Shown here piece after piece: positions 49,779-64,000 of a stretch of DNA of 64,000 nt. The stretch lies in contig OZ218962.1 of assembly GCA_965112735.1 (NCBI GenBank), positions 868,001-932,000 of the forward strand, given 5' to 3'. Position 1 is the stretch's first letter. The number at the start of each line of letters is the position of its first letter. The notes beneath the pieces were generated by a model. The model was not told where the DNA came from. It worked only from the letters and a program-made list of their open reading frames with translations, and ran no database searches. Made by a program: the position numbers and the translations under genes. The stretch comes from Phaeosaccion multiseriatum. Lineage: Eukaryota > Protista > Ochrophyta, other classes.

Positions 49779-52700
49779 TGCCCCCCACGGTACCGACCCC
49801 CGTTGTGCCACGAGCTGAGCAGCACAAACCGCCAACCTGGCCACCTGGGGCAAAGCTTGCGTGAGCTTGGGGTGGCCGAGCACACTGTGGGCAATGACGG
49901 GGTAAGTGAGAGGGTCGGGGCAGGGAAGGTGCCCTGCCCGAGACACAATGTTAACGAGCAAGCTGCATGCAAACGCCAGAGGCTCGCGCACCGTGTTTAC
50001 AGATGCCGTAAACTCCATCTCCATCGCTGCCACCGCCCTTGCCGCTGCCTCCCCACCTCCCTGCGGTGTCCTCAACTTGTTCTGCTGCCGCCATCGGAGG
50101 AGCCTTGCCTCCAGCACCACCGCCTCCTCCCCAACCCACCCAAGCACACGCAGAAAGGCCCCCGACTCCACGAGTGCACAGAGGGGCGTGTCGTCGTAAG
50201 ATAGAGCCACCCAGAAGCGAATCAATGCCACCAGCAAATCTCTCTCCGCCATCCCTGTCCCTGTCCCTGATCCTGACGCTGACCCGGGCCCCTTTCTCGC
50301 CGGGAGGGTCACCGGCAAGAATGCTCGCGTTGGAGGCGATCTCGCTGATGCTCCTGCTGCTGCGGTTCCTGCCGCTGTTGTTTCCTTTGTGTCGCCAACT
50401 GCTGCTGCTACAGGTAAAGGTGGTGGCGGCGGAGACACCTTGTCTTCCCCAACCTCTTCTCCTTCTGTTTCATCATCAGAGTCCGGTCCCTCAACGCGTA
50501 CTGCTGCTGCTGTACCACCAACTGCTAGTGCGGCATCAATGTCTGCGGTCGCGCCACCCTGCTCTTGCTGCTGCCCTTGCTGCTTCTGTTGCCCCTGTAT
50601 CACCAACTGGTCATAGTAGGCCTGCGGATACACCACCGGCGAGGCCAGCAGCACCAGCACAGGCAGCGCATCGAGCAAGGTGTCCCTCAAACTCTCGCTA
50701 TCCTCGGCAGCGTACACCCCCAGCGCTTTACCGCACTCCTGCCCAATGTAGCGAAGTACCTCCAGCCGGCCCGTGTCCACCTCCATGGACGCATCAGATC
50801 CATCACTGGAGCATTGTTGTTCAATGAGCACGAGGCGATGCGCGAGCTTCCCGCCCCCGTCTGCCCCGCCCGCCAAGTAGGGTGTGAGCTCAGAGAGAAA
50901 CTCGATGACTGTCTGGAATACATTGTCCAAGGAGGTCTTAAGGTCAAGCAGCACGAGGCCTGGGAGATGTTCCCAAGCCCCGCTGCTGCTGCTGCTACTG
51001 CTGCCTCCATGCTGCTTCTGCTCTTCCTCTTCCTCTTCTTCCTCCTGCATTTGCCCACAGAGAAAGGCAACGAGCGCCTCCACGATGCCCAGGCACACAG
51101 GAAGTACCTGTAAAGAGCGTTGCAGACGCTGCTGCCGACTCTGGGGAGAGCCGAAGGAGCTGAACCCCTCCGACTGAGACTGAGATTGAGCCTGGGACTG
51201 ACATGGCTTGCCCTCCTCACCCACGTCCTCAATAGGCCCCACTGCCTTGCTGCAAATCACCTCTCCGTCGACGGGCAGCAGCAGAGCCAGAGTCTCTTCC
51301 AGCAACAGCCGCACCTCCACGCCCACGGCCTTCATCGCCAGCAGCACGAAGCTTCCCCTCATAGGCTCCCCTCCTCCTCCTCCTCCTCCTCCTCCTCCCC
51401 TTCCTCCTCCTCCTCCTCCCGCCTCGATGGCCCACGCCTGCCCAGCGACCTGAAGCATCATGGCGAACAACGCCAGCGCGGAGTCCCTCCATGGCTCCGG
51501 CGCCGCACCGTGTAGCACTTGCGTGAGTCCGTCGCGGAGGGGGGCAGAGAAGGCTGCACTTCGCACCAGCAGCAGCCGGCTCTTGTGGTGCTGTGCCACC
51601 GCCAGAGCGGCCAGCGAAGGAGAAGAAGAGGAGGAGGAGGAGGAGGCGGTGCCCTCATCATCATCCTCCTCCTCCTCCCTACCATCACCACCAGTAATTC
51701 TCATGCGGCCAACCAACAGCTCAACAAGCTCTCGATCACCGGCCTCCGCCTCCTCACCACTCTGACCCCCACCACCACAACCTCCTCCTCCTCTTCCTCC
51801 TCCTCCTCCTCCTTCCTCTTCTTCACCTTGACCTTGACCTCGACCGTGCGTTTCAGCTTGACCGGCCCTGGCCATCTGTGACACAAAGACGAGCAGTAGG
51901 TCCAGCCACCCGCCCTTCGTTTGCGCCGTTCTTGCCTTGGCCAGAGAGGTGGCTAGACTCAGCACCTGCTGGTCCGTAGTGAGGCACGCCCCTCGTGTGG
52001 CGGACATACACTGAGACACGAACGCAAAGGACGCTGATACCCACGCCTGCTGCTGTTGCTCCTTCTTCTTCTTCTTCTTCTTGTCCTTCTTATCCTTCCC
52101 CTCCTTCTTATCTGTCGTCTTCTTCTCCTCCTCCTCCTCCTCCTCCCCCTCTTGTTGCACGGGTGTTGTTTGCTGTGACTTCTTCGTCTCCGATCCCGCC
52201 TCCTTTTCCTCCTGCTCCCGTGCCTCCTGCTGCTGCTCCTGCTGCTCCTGATCGTCGTGCTGCTGCAGCCTCACTAGCACCGCCGCCACCGCACCTGCAG
52301 AATCGAGCCTCAGCAGCCCTCTTTTGCCCAATGCCGCCACTGTGCTTAGGCATGTCAGCGCATCCTCCACCACCTCGTCCTCCCCGCGGGAGTGCTGCAC
52401 GAGCCACACCAGTTCGGAGGAGAGGGGCACAACGTCCACCGCCAAGGCCGGGTATTGGCAGAAGCTGCAGAGGACTCCGGCGGCGATGGCCTAGGAGATT
52501 TGGAGGGAGGGAGGGAGGGAGGGAGGGAGGGAGGGAGGGAGGGAGGGAGGGAGGGGGATGATTAGAAGCCTGTGGATGGGGGAGAGGGAGAGGAAGATGA
52601 GGAGAGACAAGGAAAAGGGAAGTGTTCATTCATTTCTGGGGTGCGAAAACGCATGGGTACATTACGTACAGCATCGCGCTCAACGTCGGCTGAGGCTCAG

Positions 52701-53283
52701 GAGAAGAGCCCGTGGACAACCCCTGCAACCCAGCCCCTCCCCCCCCCCCCATGCACACACTTGCAACTCTCACCTGGAAGGGGCTGTGAGGCGATGATGC
52801 CTCACCTTTCGCCTCTCGCCCCTCTCCTCCTCCTCCTGCTGCTGCTGCTGCTGCTGTTGCTGGTGCGGCGGCGGCGCCCGGGGTGTCCGTTGTGCGCAAG
52901 AGCCGCTTGAGGAAGCGCATCCCCACTGCATCTCGCACTTTTCGGAGCAGTGCCTCACTCACACATTCCGCAGGCACGTGCTTCACGAGCATGACCAGCC
53001 CTGCGAAGCGGTGCTCATCGCTAGGTCCACCCAGCAGTGCCAGGCTTGACGCGAGGGCGGCATCCACGCTTCCTCCTCCTCCTCCTCCTCCTCCACCACC
53101 ACCACCACCACCACCACCTCCTCCTCCTCCTCCTCCTCTTCCTCCTCCTCCTCTTCCTCGCGCAGGGCCTGCTGATGCCGATCCCGCTGTTGGAGGAGGG
53201 GTCGGGGGCACTTCCCTTGGCGCGGAGCCTGCGGGTGGAGAGCCTCGCGGTGAAGATGGGGTTCGCCGTGGTGAAGGCTCCAT
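49188..53283 (-). CDS. Neurochondrin-family armadillo-like protein, 2 exons (53283-52774 and 52490-49188)
   Basis: N-terminal family signature LALLGGPSDEHRFAGLVMLVK...DAVGMRFLKRLLRT. Further conserved-looking blocks FVLLAMKAVGVEVRLLLE and LPVCLGIVEALVAFL. Confidence 0.8.
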
Positions 53284-53675
53284 CGTGGTTTTTTTTGCCC
53301 CTCCTCTGTGTCCTATTTTGGTGTCCTCTCTTCGGACGGAAGAGACTTGGCGCGGCAGCAATCGTTGACTTAGAATAATCTCACGCGTGCGGTCGGGCGT
53401 AAAATCTGGACTCAAGCAAGAAAAGCCCACAGAACACAGTATCAAGAGCAGCTGCATCGAGGAGTTGGCAGGCGTAGTGGGCTGAAGTTCCTGCAGGCAA
53501 AGCTTCTCGCGCGGAAGGAAAGTTGGTTGGCCAGAGAGCGGAAGAGGAGGAGGCTGAAGGGGAAGGGGGTGCCCATCGAAGCCACGGGGAAGAAGAAGAC
53601 ACCAAGGACAGACAGGAGCGGGCGACGAGGGTACAAGTAGAAGAAGGAGTAGCGGCAGCATCGGCAGCAGCCAGC

Positions 53676-54966
53676 ATGGCGCACCCTCTGCAGAGGAGGT
53701 GGACTCTGTGGTGTGACAATCCGAAACTCAAGCGAAAAGAGGAGGTGCGTAATACGAACAAGAAGGCGAGGGGACTGCGGCATGTGTCCATGTCCTGCTT
53801 CTCTTTCCTCCCGACACCTCGACGCCCCTTCGCCTCTCGAGTCGCTTCACCAGGGACACTCGCTCTTGTCCTTTACTCGCGTGTCACAAATCGCACCCCT
53901 CGCTCACCACGCTCTCTCCTGTGCGCTTCTATCGATGGGTGTGTGTATCATGTGCGTAACAACAAAAGACGTGGGAGGACAACCTGAAGATGATCTTCAA
54001 CTTCGCCAGCGTGGAGGAGTTTTGGGCCGTGTACAACAACATCGTGCCCCCCTCAGGCTTAGCGGTGGGATCCAATTACCACTACTTTATCGAGGGAGTC
54101 AAGCCCATGTGGGAAGACGAAACCAACAAGGAGGGCGGCAAGTGGGTCCTCACCGTAGCAAGGTGAGGGTGGGAGGGAGGGGTGGGGTTGCAAGGTGTGT
54201 TTGGTTGTTGGGGGGGGGGGGGGGGCAGCTTTGGTGTGGCTCGTAATTTGAGGGATTTGAACATTGCCTCACTTACACTGTCACAAGCTCAACTCTCTTT
54301 TTGAGGCTGGCATCCACCCTTCCATCCTCTTGCTTCACCCCATGTCCTCCTTGCCTGTCAAGCACCCCTCCTCCACACCTCCCCATACATACCCTGTGTC
54401 CTCAACACCCCCTTCCTTCTCCCCCTCGACGCATATGGATGATCGGCAGAGGTCAGCGCAAGAAGCTCGATGAGTGGTGGATGCGCGCCGTCCTTGCCGT
54501 CATTGGCGAAAGTATCGACGAGGATGGAGGCAGCGAGGTGTGCGGGTTGGTTGTCAGCATTCGTAAGTCACAGGACCGGATATCCCTCTGGACCAAGACC
54601 GCCACGGCCGGCCAATTGCAGCAGACGATAGCACAGCGCCTCAAGAAGGCTCTGGAGCTGCCCCCCAACCAGTTGCTCAAGTTTCAGTGTCATAATGATG
54701 CACTGGCCACCGGCTCCAGCTTCAAGAACGAAGCGTGAGTACCTTGTAGTGAAGTGACAAGTGAGGGGAGTGATGAGCATAGGTCGGGACCGATAGATCC
54801 GAGGGCTTGACTGACCCACTCATGTTGATGGTGATGAGAGTGAGGTTGACGTACATATATATATACATGGGGGGGGGGGGGGGGGTTGGGTGGGTGTATT
54901 CTCTTTTTTTTGCCTTGTTTGGTCTTCATCCAATCAGTCACACACACACCCACCCACACACCCACA

Positions 54967-55031
<65 letters not shown>

Positions 55032-55162
55032 GTCTCATCCTCTCCTCCGCCCCGCCCCGTACATAATTCTTCGGTTGATTCCAATAAGTCACTAAACCCG
55101 TCCCCTCCACCCCACCGCCCCCTCCCTCCCTCGCGCGTGCCCTCAGACTGTACGAGTGCTGA
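53676..55162 (+). CDS. eIF4E: Translation initiation factor 4E (cap-binding, class-I-type tryptophans), 4 exons
   Basis: Motifs HPLQRRWTLW, WEDNL, SVEEFWAVYNNI, GVKPMWEDETNKEGGKW, LAVIGE and VCGLVVSIRKSQDRISLW. Last small exon 55147-55162 encodes LYEC*. Confidence 0.95.
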
Positions 55163-55866
55163 GATTAGTACCTAGACAGGCCGCGATATACATACATAAT
55201 ACATACGTATGTATATGGGTGGATTGATAGATGGGTAGGTGGGTGAATAGACACGAGAGTTAAGAAGCTCGGTTTGTGAGGCTTGATTAACAAGCACGCG
55301 AGGCCATACTGTGCCATGGGGTGCAACAGCAGGACGAGAGCTTGGGAGCGGAGGAAGTGTAAGTGTGAGTGTGGGGGTGCATCATGGATTACACGTATAG
55401 TAGTCAGGAGAAAAAAAAGGAGAAAAAGGTGTATCCTTTCCCTCTCTAGGCCCGTCCAAGGGTACTTAAGAAAACAACCGTCCAGGAGGCATCAACGCTC
55501 TGCAACGGCTACGCGATGGCAGGCATACCGCTTATCCTTTACCTCTCAGACGATGGCAGGCGTACGCAGCGACTCAAATCAACAAAAACGACAAGAAAAA
55601 AAGTGCCACAGTCAAGAGAATGACTGACTGATCCGTGTTGCATGTTTCCCCCTCTCGGTCTCTCTTCAAAATTATCTTTTATCAATCTGTTTTCCGTCCA
55701 CGTGTGTGTGCGCGGTTGGGTCTAGTGTAGTGTAAAATCGGGCGGCAAGTAAAGTAAAGTCTAGTCATCATTCATCTATCGAGTGCCACAACATTGTATA
55801 AGTGTGCGTATAACCTAGAGCTAAGCAAAACTGACCATCCCTTCAGCGTACTGCGTGTGGATACGC

Positions 55867-58423
<2,557 letters not shown>

Positions 58424-59298
58424 GTTGGTTAGAAAGAGAGAGAAAAAAAAGATAAACAGAGAGACCGGAAATGGAGGGTTAGGCACAAGCGATTGCTGAG
58501 TGGACTATTCCCCGGGGGGTAAGCATGGGGTCCGTAATACCCGTATACCCGTCGCTTTGTCACATGGTTGGCGACGCAGAATCGGGATCCCTTTCTCTGA
58601 CCTACAACGTATACCCTAAGAGAACATGTATATATGGAAAGGAGGAGTAGGAGGAAGGAGGAACCACCCTTTTAGCAAAGACTTGTGGCCAGGGGTACAA
58701 GGTCCTGACCAGGCACACACAGGCGGCACAGGCGTATGGGCAGATCACACCACGTCAGCCCCACACAGCTAGCAGCATTGCCCATGGACGAGAGCTGTGG
58801 CGGAGACAAGGGGTGTGAACATCCTATTAGCATGCCGTTTATGGTGGTCCTCCTTTCCGATTCCCTTCTCTATAGCGGGGAGCCTTGCCTCGCCTTGAGT
58901 GCCCACGTCACTGCCCGCGTCAGTGCCCTCGTCCTTCTGTCCCACGTCACTCCCACCGTAGTCCCATACAGCGACACCCACGCCCCCCCCCTGGAGGCGA
59001 GAGAGAGAGCCACTCTCTCGGGCCCCCTCTTCCTCTCTCTCTCCTCTCCTCTATGCACCTCGATTGAATCGTCGACCACGTGGGTGCGTGCGTGCGTGCG
59101 TGCGTGGGTGCGCGCGTGTGTGCACGTGCGTCCTTCCCATACCAACGAATCATGTTTCTCCGTCACTGTTGATCACTCCCTCTCTCTTACCTGCCACGCT
59201 ACACGCATCCATTCCAAAGCCCTTTCGAGCCCCGATTTGAATCGAATCGCTCCCCCCCCCCCCCCTCCTCTACACCCCACCCTTCTTAATATTCCTCC

Positions 59299-60221
59299 TC
59301 TTCTTCTTCTTCTTCTTCTTCTTCTTCTTCTTCTTCTTCTTCTTCTTCTTCTTCTTCTTCTTCTTCTTCTTCTTCTTCTTCTTCTTCTTCTTCTTCTTCT
59401 TCTTCTTCTTCTTCTTCTTCTTCTTCTTCTTCTTCTTCTTCTTCTTCTTCTTCTTCTTCTTCTTCTTCTTCTTCTTCTTCTTCTTCTTCTTCTTCTTCTT
59501 CTTCTTCTTCTTCTTCTTCTTCTTCTTCTTCTTCTTCTTCTTCTTCTTCTTCTTCTTCTTCTTCTTCTTCTTCTTCTTCTTCTTCTTCTTCTTCTTCTTC
59601 TTCTTCTTCTTCTTCTTCTTCTTCTTCTTCTTCTTCTTCTTCTTCTTCTTCTTCTTCTTCTTCTTCTTCTTCTTCTTCTTCTTCTTCTTCTTCTTCTTCT
59701 TCTTCTTCTTCTTCTTCTTCTTCTTCTTCTTCTTCTTCTTCTTCTTCTTCTTCTTCTTCTTCTTCTTCTTCTTCTTCTTCTTCTTCTTCTTCTTCTTCTT
59801 CTTCTTCTTCTTCTTCTTCTTCTTCTTCTTCTTCTTCTTCTTCTTCTTCTTCTTCTTCTTCTTCTTCTTCTTCTTCTTCTTCTTCTTCTTCTTCTTCTTC
59901 TTCTTCTTCTTCTTCTTCTTCTTCTTCTTCTTCTTCTTCTTCTTCTTCTTCTTCTTCTTCTTCTTCTTCTTCTTCTTCTTCTTCTTCTTCTTCTTCTTCT
60001 TCTTCTTCTTCTTCTTCTTCTTCTTCTTCTTCTTCTTCTTCTTCTTCTTCTTCTTCTTCTTCTTCTTCTTCTTCTTCTTCTTCTTCTTCTTCTTCTTCTT
60101 CTTCTTCTTCTTCTTCTTCTTCTTCTTCTTCTTCTTCTTCTTCTTCTTCTTCTTCTTCTTCTTCTTCTTCTTCTTCTTCTTCTTCTTCTTCTTCTTCTTC
60201 TTCTTCTTCTTCTTCTTCTTC
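59299..60221. repeat. (CTT/GAA)n microsatellite, about 307 perfect units, between NMT and GapC1
   Basis: Read directly; source of spurious polyL/R/K ORFs. Confidence 0.98.
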
Positions 60222-60789
60222 CTTTCCCTACCCGCAGAAGTGCCCTCCACCCCTCCACCTGCACACACACAAGCGAACATCGGGTGGTAGCAGCAGCAGC
60301 AACAACAGCAGCAGTAGACCCGCCCACCACGCCCCCCACCAAAAGCAGTAGCAGCTACAGCTATGTCCTATCCAATGGTAACGCCTTTCTCGGGACCTTC
60401 CCAGGACCTTCTCAGGACGAAGTCTCCACCCCCGGGCTGTGAATCGCAGTAAGGTAGGGCGGCTTGCACACACACACGCACGCACGCACGCACACACGCA
60501 CACACATACACGTACGCATACACAGCGACTTCAACAAATAGTCGACATGAAACCCATTTAAAAGTACGCACACAGGCGCGCCTCAGAGCAGAATCAGGCC
60601 CACTTCGTTGTGCCCATCCAGTACCTCTCATAACCGTCCACTGCCATCCCCCCTCATACCCCTCCACTGCCATCCCCCTCCTCCTCCTCCTCCTCCTCCT
60701 CCCCCTCCTCCTCCTCCTCCTCTTCTTCTTCTTCCTCCTCTCCCTCCTCCTCCTCCTGCTGCTGCTGCTGCTGCTCCTCCTCCTCCTCC

Positions 60790-61578
60790 TCAGAGCAGCA
60801 CCAGGCCCACTTCATTGTGCTTCATCTCCGGACAAGCCCAATTGTAGAGGTAGTACTGCAGATGACCATCCCCAATGCCGAACTTTAGCGCCTCAAGGTA
60901 GTCCAAATTGTCCTGCAGATTGAGTGCGTTAAACACATCCATGCCCTCGTCCCTACCCAGCACCAGAGCGTCTTGCATCAGGTCCGCGAGAGGGAGGGTG
61001 GTGGCCACATTGTAGAAGGCGTAGGCCGCGTTGAGGGTGGTGTATGTAGGGTGGCCGATGATGGAGCTTGGCAGGTGGTAAAAGCTGCACATATCAGTGA
61101 CAGTGCCGTCTGCGCTGGCCACCACGAAGCTGTCCACCTGTTGGTGATATAGCAGAGGTGGGGCGGGGAGGTGGGTGGGTGGGTGGGACGCGCACACACA
61201 CACACACGTACACACGTACACACGTACACACGCGTACACATATACGTTCACACACACACACATACACACACACACAACACACGCACACACACACGCACAC
61301 ACACGCACACACACACACGTACACACGTACACACGTACACACGCGGACACAAATACGTTCACACACACACACATACACACACACAACACACGCACACACA
61401 CGCACACACACACACACTCTCTCTCTCTATAGAGCCACACACGTACCACTCCTTTCCTTGGCAGCAGCCAGTGGGCGATCTCCTCCTCGTCCATCAGGGG
61501 CGACAGCTTGAACTTGCTCAGGTACTCCATCAAGAGGGAGTGGACACCGGGCACATCTGTGAGTGGGTGGCCCAAGGT

Positions 61579-61614
<36 letters not shown>

Positions 61615-64000
61615 GGGAGGGAGGGAGGAAGGAGGATAAGGGGAGGGGTGAGGTGTGTGGGCGAATGCGTGGAAGAGGGTAGGGTGACTGCTGCGAAAGG
61701 AAAGGCTTGTGTGCAGCAAGTGTGTCAAAGCAGGAGGACTTGCTAGCAGGCGCAGAGGTGTGGACAGGTGAGTGAGTGAGTGAGTGAGTGAGTGAGTGAG
61801 TGAGTGAGTGAGAGAGTGAGAGAGTGAGTGAGTGAGTGAGTGAGTGAGTGAGTGAGTGAGCGAGTGAGCGAGTGAGGCCAATTCTACATGAGAGAACAAA
61901 CATGTATAGGGAAAAGAGAGACGTAATAACATTTCAAGAGAGATGACGATGCCCAACGACACTCCCCCTCTGCCTCCTCCCTCCCTCCCTCCCTCCCTCC
62001 CTCCCTCCCTCCCTCCCTCTCTCTCTCTCTCCCTCTCTCCCTCCCTCCCTCCCCTCCGTCTCTACATACATATCCCGCTCTCTCCCTCCTTACCCTCCTT
62101 GGTCATGGGGCGGATGGTGGTGACGGGCTTGTCAGGAAGTTTGTACAGCTTAATCTGGCGGGCCATTGTCATCCTCGGGGGGAGGCGACTGAAGCCCACG
62201 TCTATGAGCTTCTTAGGATTGATGGAGCGGTGGTAGTAGCGACATGAGGACACTGGCTTGGGTAGCACGACTCCGGCGGTGTAGACGGCCTGACGAGGAG
62301 GAGGAGGAGGTGGGGGTGAGGAGGGGGTAGGGGGAGGAGGAGGAGGAGGAGGAGGAGGAGGAGGAGGAGGAGGAGGAGGAGGAGGAGGAGGGGGTGTGGG
62401 TAAGATTGCTCGTTCTCGGTTCTTTCTGTTCTGACTGACTGACTGACTGACTGGCCGACTGACTGACCGACCGACTCACTGAATACCTGATTGATTCCAT
62501 CACTGATCAACTACCTGGCTAACTCTCCCTGCCTCCCTGCCTCCCTCCCTCCCTCCCTCCCTACCTGCCAGACGCCCTGCCTGTTGACCCTTCTGGTGAT
62601 CTCCTTGATGAGTACAGGGGCGAGGCGCTTGCTGCGCAGCCTCTTGTGCACGCACAAAAAGTTAATCTCCACCGTCTTGATTTCCGTGCCGTGGACCTTC
62701 ATGCTGCGAGGTTGAGAGAGGGAGAGTGAGCACACAGGTGGAGAGAGGAGAGCCGACAGAGTGAGCGAGGGAGACCAAACATGGGGAAAGGCAAGGGGGT
62801 GGAGAGAGGGGGAGAGAGGGGGAGAGCGTGAGAGTGTGTGAAAGAGAGAGAGAGAGAGACGGGAGAGCAAGAGGGAGAGAGGAGGAGAAGCAGATGATCT
62901 AACAGCGCGTATCGTACACACACACACTCACATTGCCGGTATGCCCGTGATGAAGCCCATGAGCTTGCCGGTCTTGGAGCTGCGCACCCCGACGTGGAAG
63001 TCCTTGCGGAACCCGGGGGGGGTGAGGGCCCACAGAAGAAAGTCAGCGGAGTAGTCGAAGCGGAACATGTTGTCGTTGTCCTCCACGTAGTTCTCGGAGA
63101 GTAGCGTGTACACCTCCTGCAGTTGGAGTTGGAGTTTTGGCGATGATTGCGGTGTTTTAAAGTTTTAGGTGAGAGGGGGGGGGGGGGGCTCTCATGTCCG
63201 GGCTTTTGTTCGCTCTGGCTGCCTGACTGACTACCTGTCAGCCTGACTGATTGCCCGACAGCCTACCCACCTATCTGCCCGTGCATGCATCTGTCTGACT
63301 GACTGATATGGTATGGTACAAGACAAGCAATCAAACAAGGCCGCTCACCTGCATCTCCTCTTTGCTATTGACGTCCATGTCACTCCACTCAAAGCCACTG
63401 GGCATGTTGTAGGGTGTGTCTCTAATGTCCTCAATTGTCTTGGTGTCAATCTCTCCTGACGTTTCAGGGGTCTCGCCAAGCTGGGGCACTGGCTGCGTGT
63501 TCCAGAATCTGATGAATGGCGATGGGTGGAAGAACGAGAGAGGTTCCGTGAGATATTCAGAGCAAGACGAAGAGTTGGGTTCAGGAGACGACAAGGATGA
63601 GTAAGACCAAGGACGAGTGGAGACTAGTCAGAGATGCGTGGAGATTTGCGGAAGGGAAAGGAGGACAGAGAAGATGACAGACGGCCTTCCTTTCCCCTTC
63701 ACTCTCTCTTTACTCACTTGTGCTCCTTCTCGGGCTGCTTTTCCCTCCTCCTCTGCATTTCCCTCAGCTGCCCCCTCTGCATTTCCTTCAACTGCTCCTG
63801 TCGAAGAGGCTGTGCGATTTGGTCGCCTCCGTTGGACGCCGCCCCTCCGGCTGCTGCGGCTGCTGCGGCCGCTGCGGCCGCTTTGGCACCCCTCTTGCCC
63901 TTCTTCTTCCCTTTCTTCCTATACCCCCCCCCTACGCCCCCGGATGAAGGCGCTTGCGCTATTGTTCCGTTGCTCCCTGTTGCTGGCGCCTTCCCCTCCT
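60790..64000 (-). CDS. NMT: Glycylpeptide N-tetradecanoyltransferase (N-myristoyltransferase); 5' end lies beyond the window
   Basis: Motifs [79 protein letters not shown] and [16 protein letters not shown]. Confidence 0.97.

Noticed and set aside
58736-60442. 568-aa polyL ORF and the polyR/polyK antisense ORFs
   Set aside because: They are translations of the (CTT)n tract, and the flanks show no convincing coding signal.

Overview
This is an intron-rich, microsatellite-rich eukaryotic nuclear window. A plastid-targeted GapC1 with a bipartite presequence points to a photosynthetic lineage with a secondary red plastid, most likely an ochrophyte stramenopile. IQUB suggests a flagellated stage. 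I built the gene models by hand from GT-AG junctions and exon phases. In order they are: a giant 5'-truncated IQ-motif gene (about 4,600 aa, +); a small 3-exon secreted prepropeptide missing from the ORF track (-); two intronless tandem ankyrin-like genes, one frameshifted (-); homocysteine S-methyltransferase (-); an ICME-like alpha/beta hydrolase (+); a divergent PA28/11S-like protein (-); ATG11 (+); IQUB (+); neurochondrin (-); eIF4E (+); plastid GAPDH (-); and a 5'-truncated N-myristoyltransferase (-). The most striking unexplained signal is a dispersed DNA motif, CAG-CAG-TTGGTGATA-CAG-CAG. By my manual count its 10-mer core GTTGGTGATA occurs 18 times on both strands, against about 0.1 expected. 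It falls in exons, where it is read as QLVIQ, AVGDT or AVSPT, and also in introns and intergenic DNA, so it looks like a DNA-level signal imposed on proteins. No databases were searched. Family calls rest on recognised motifs, and exon coordinates may be off by a few bases.
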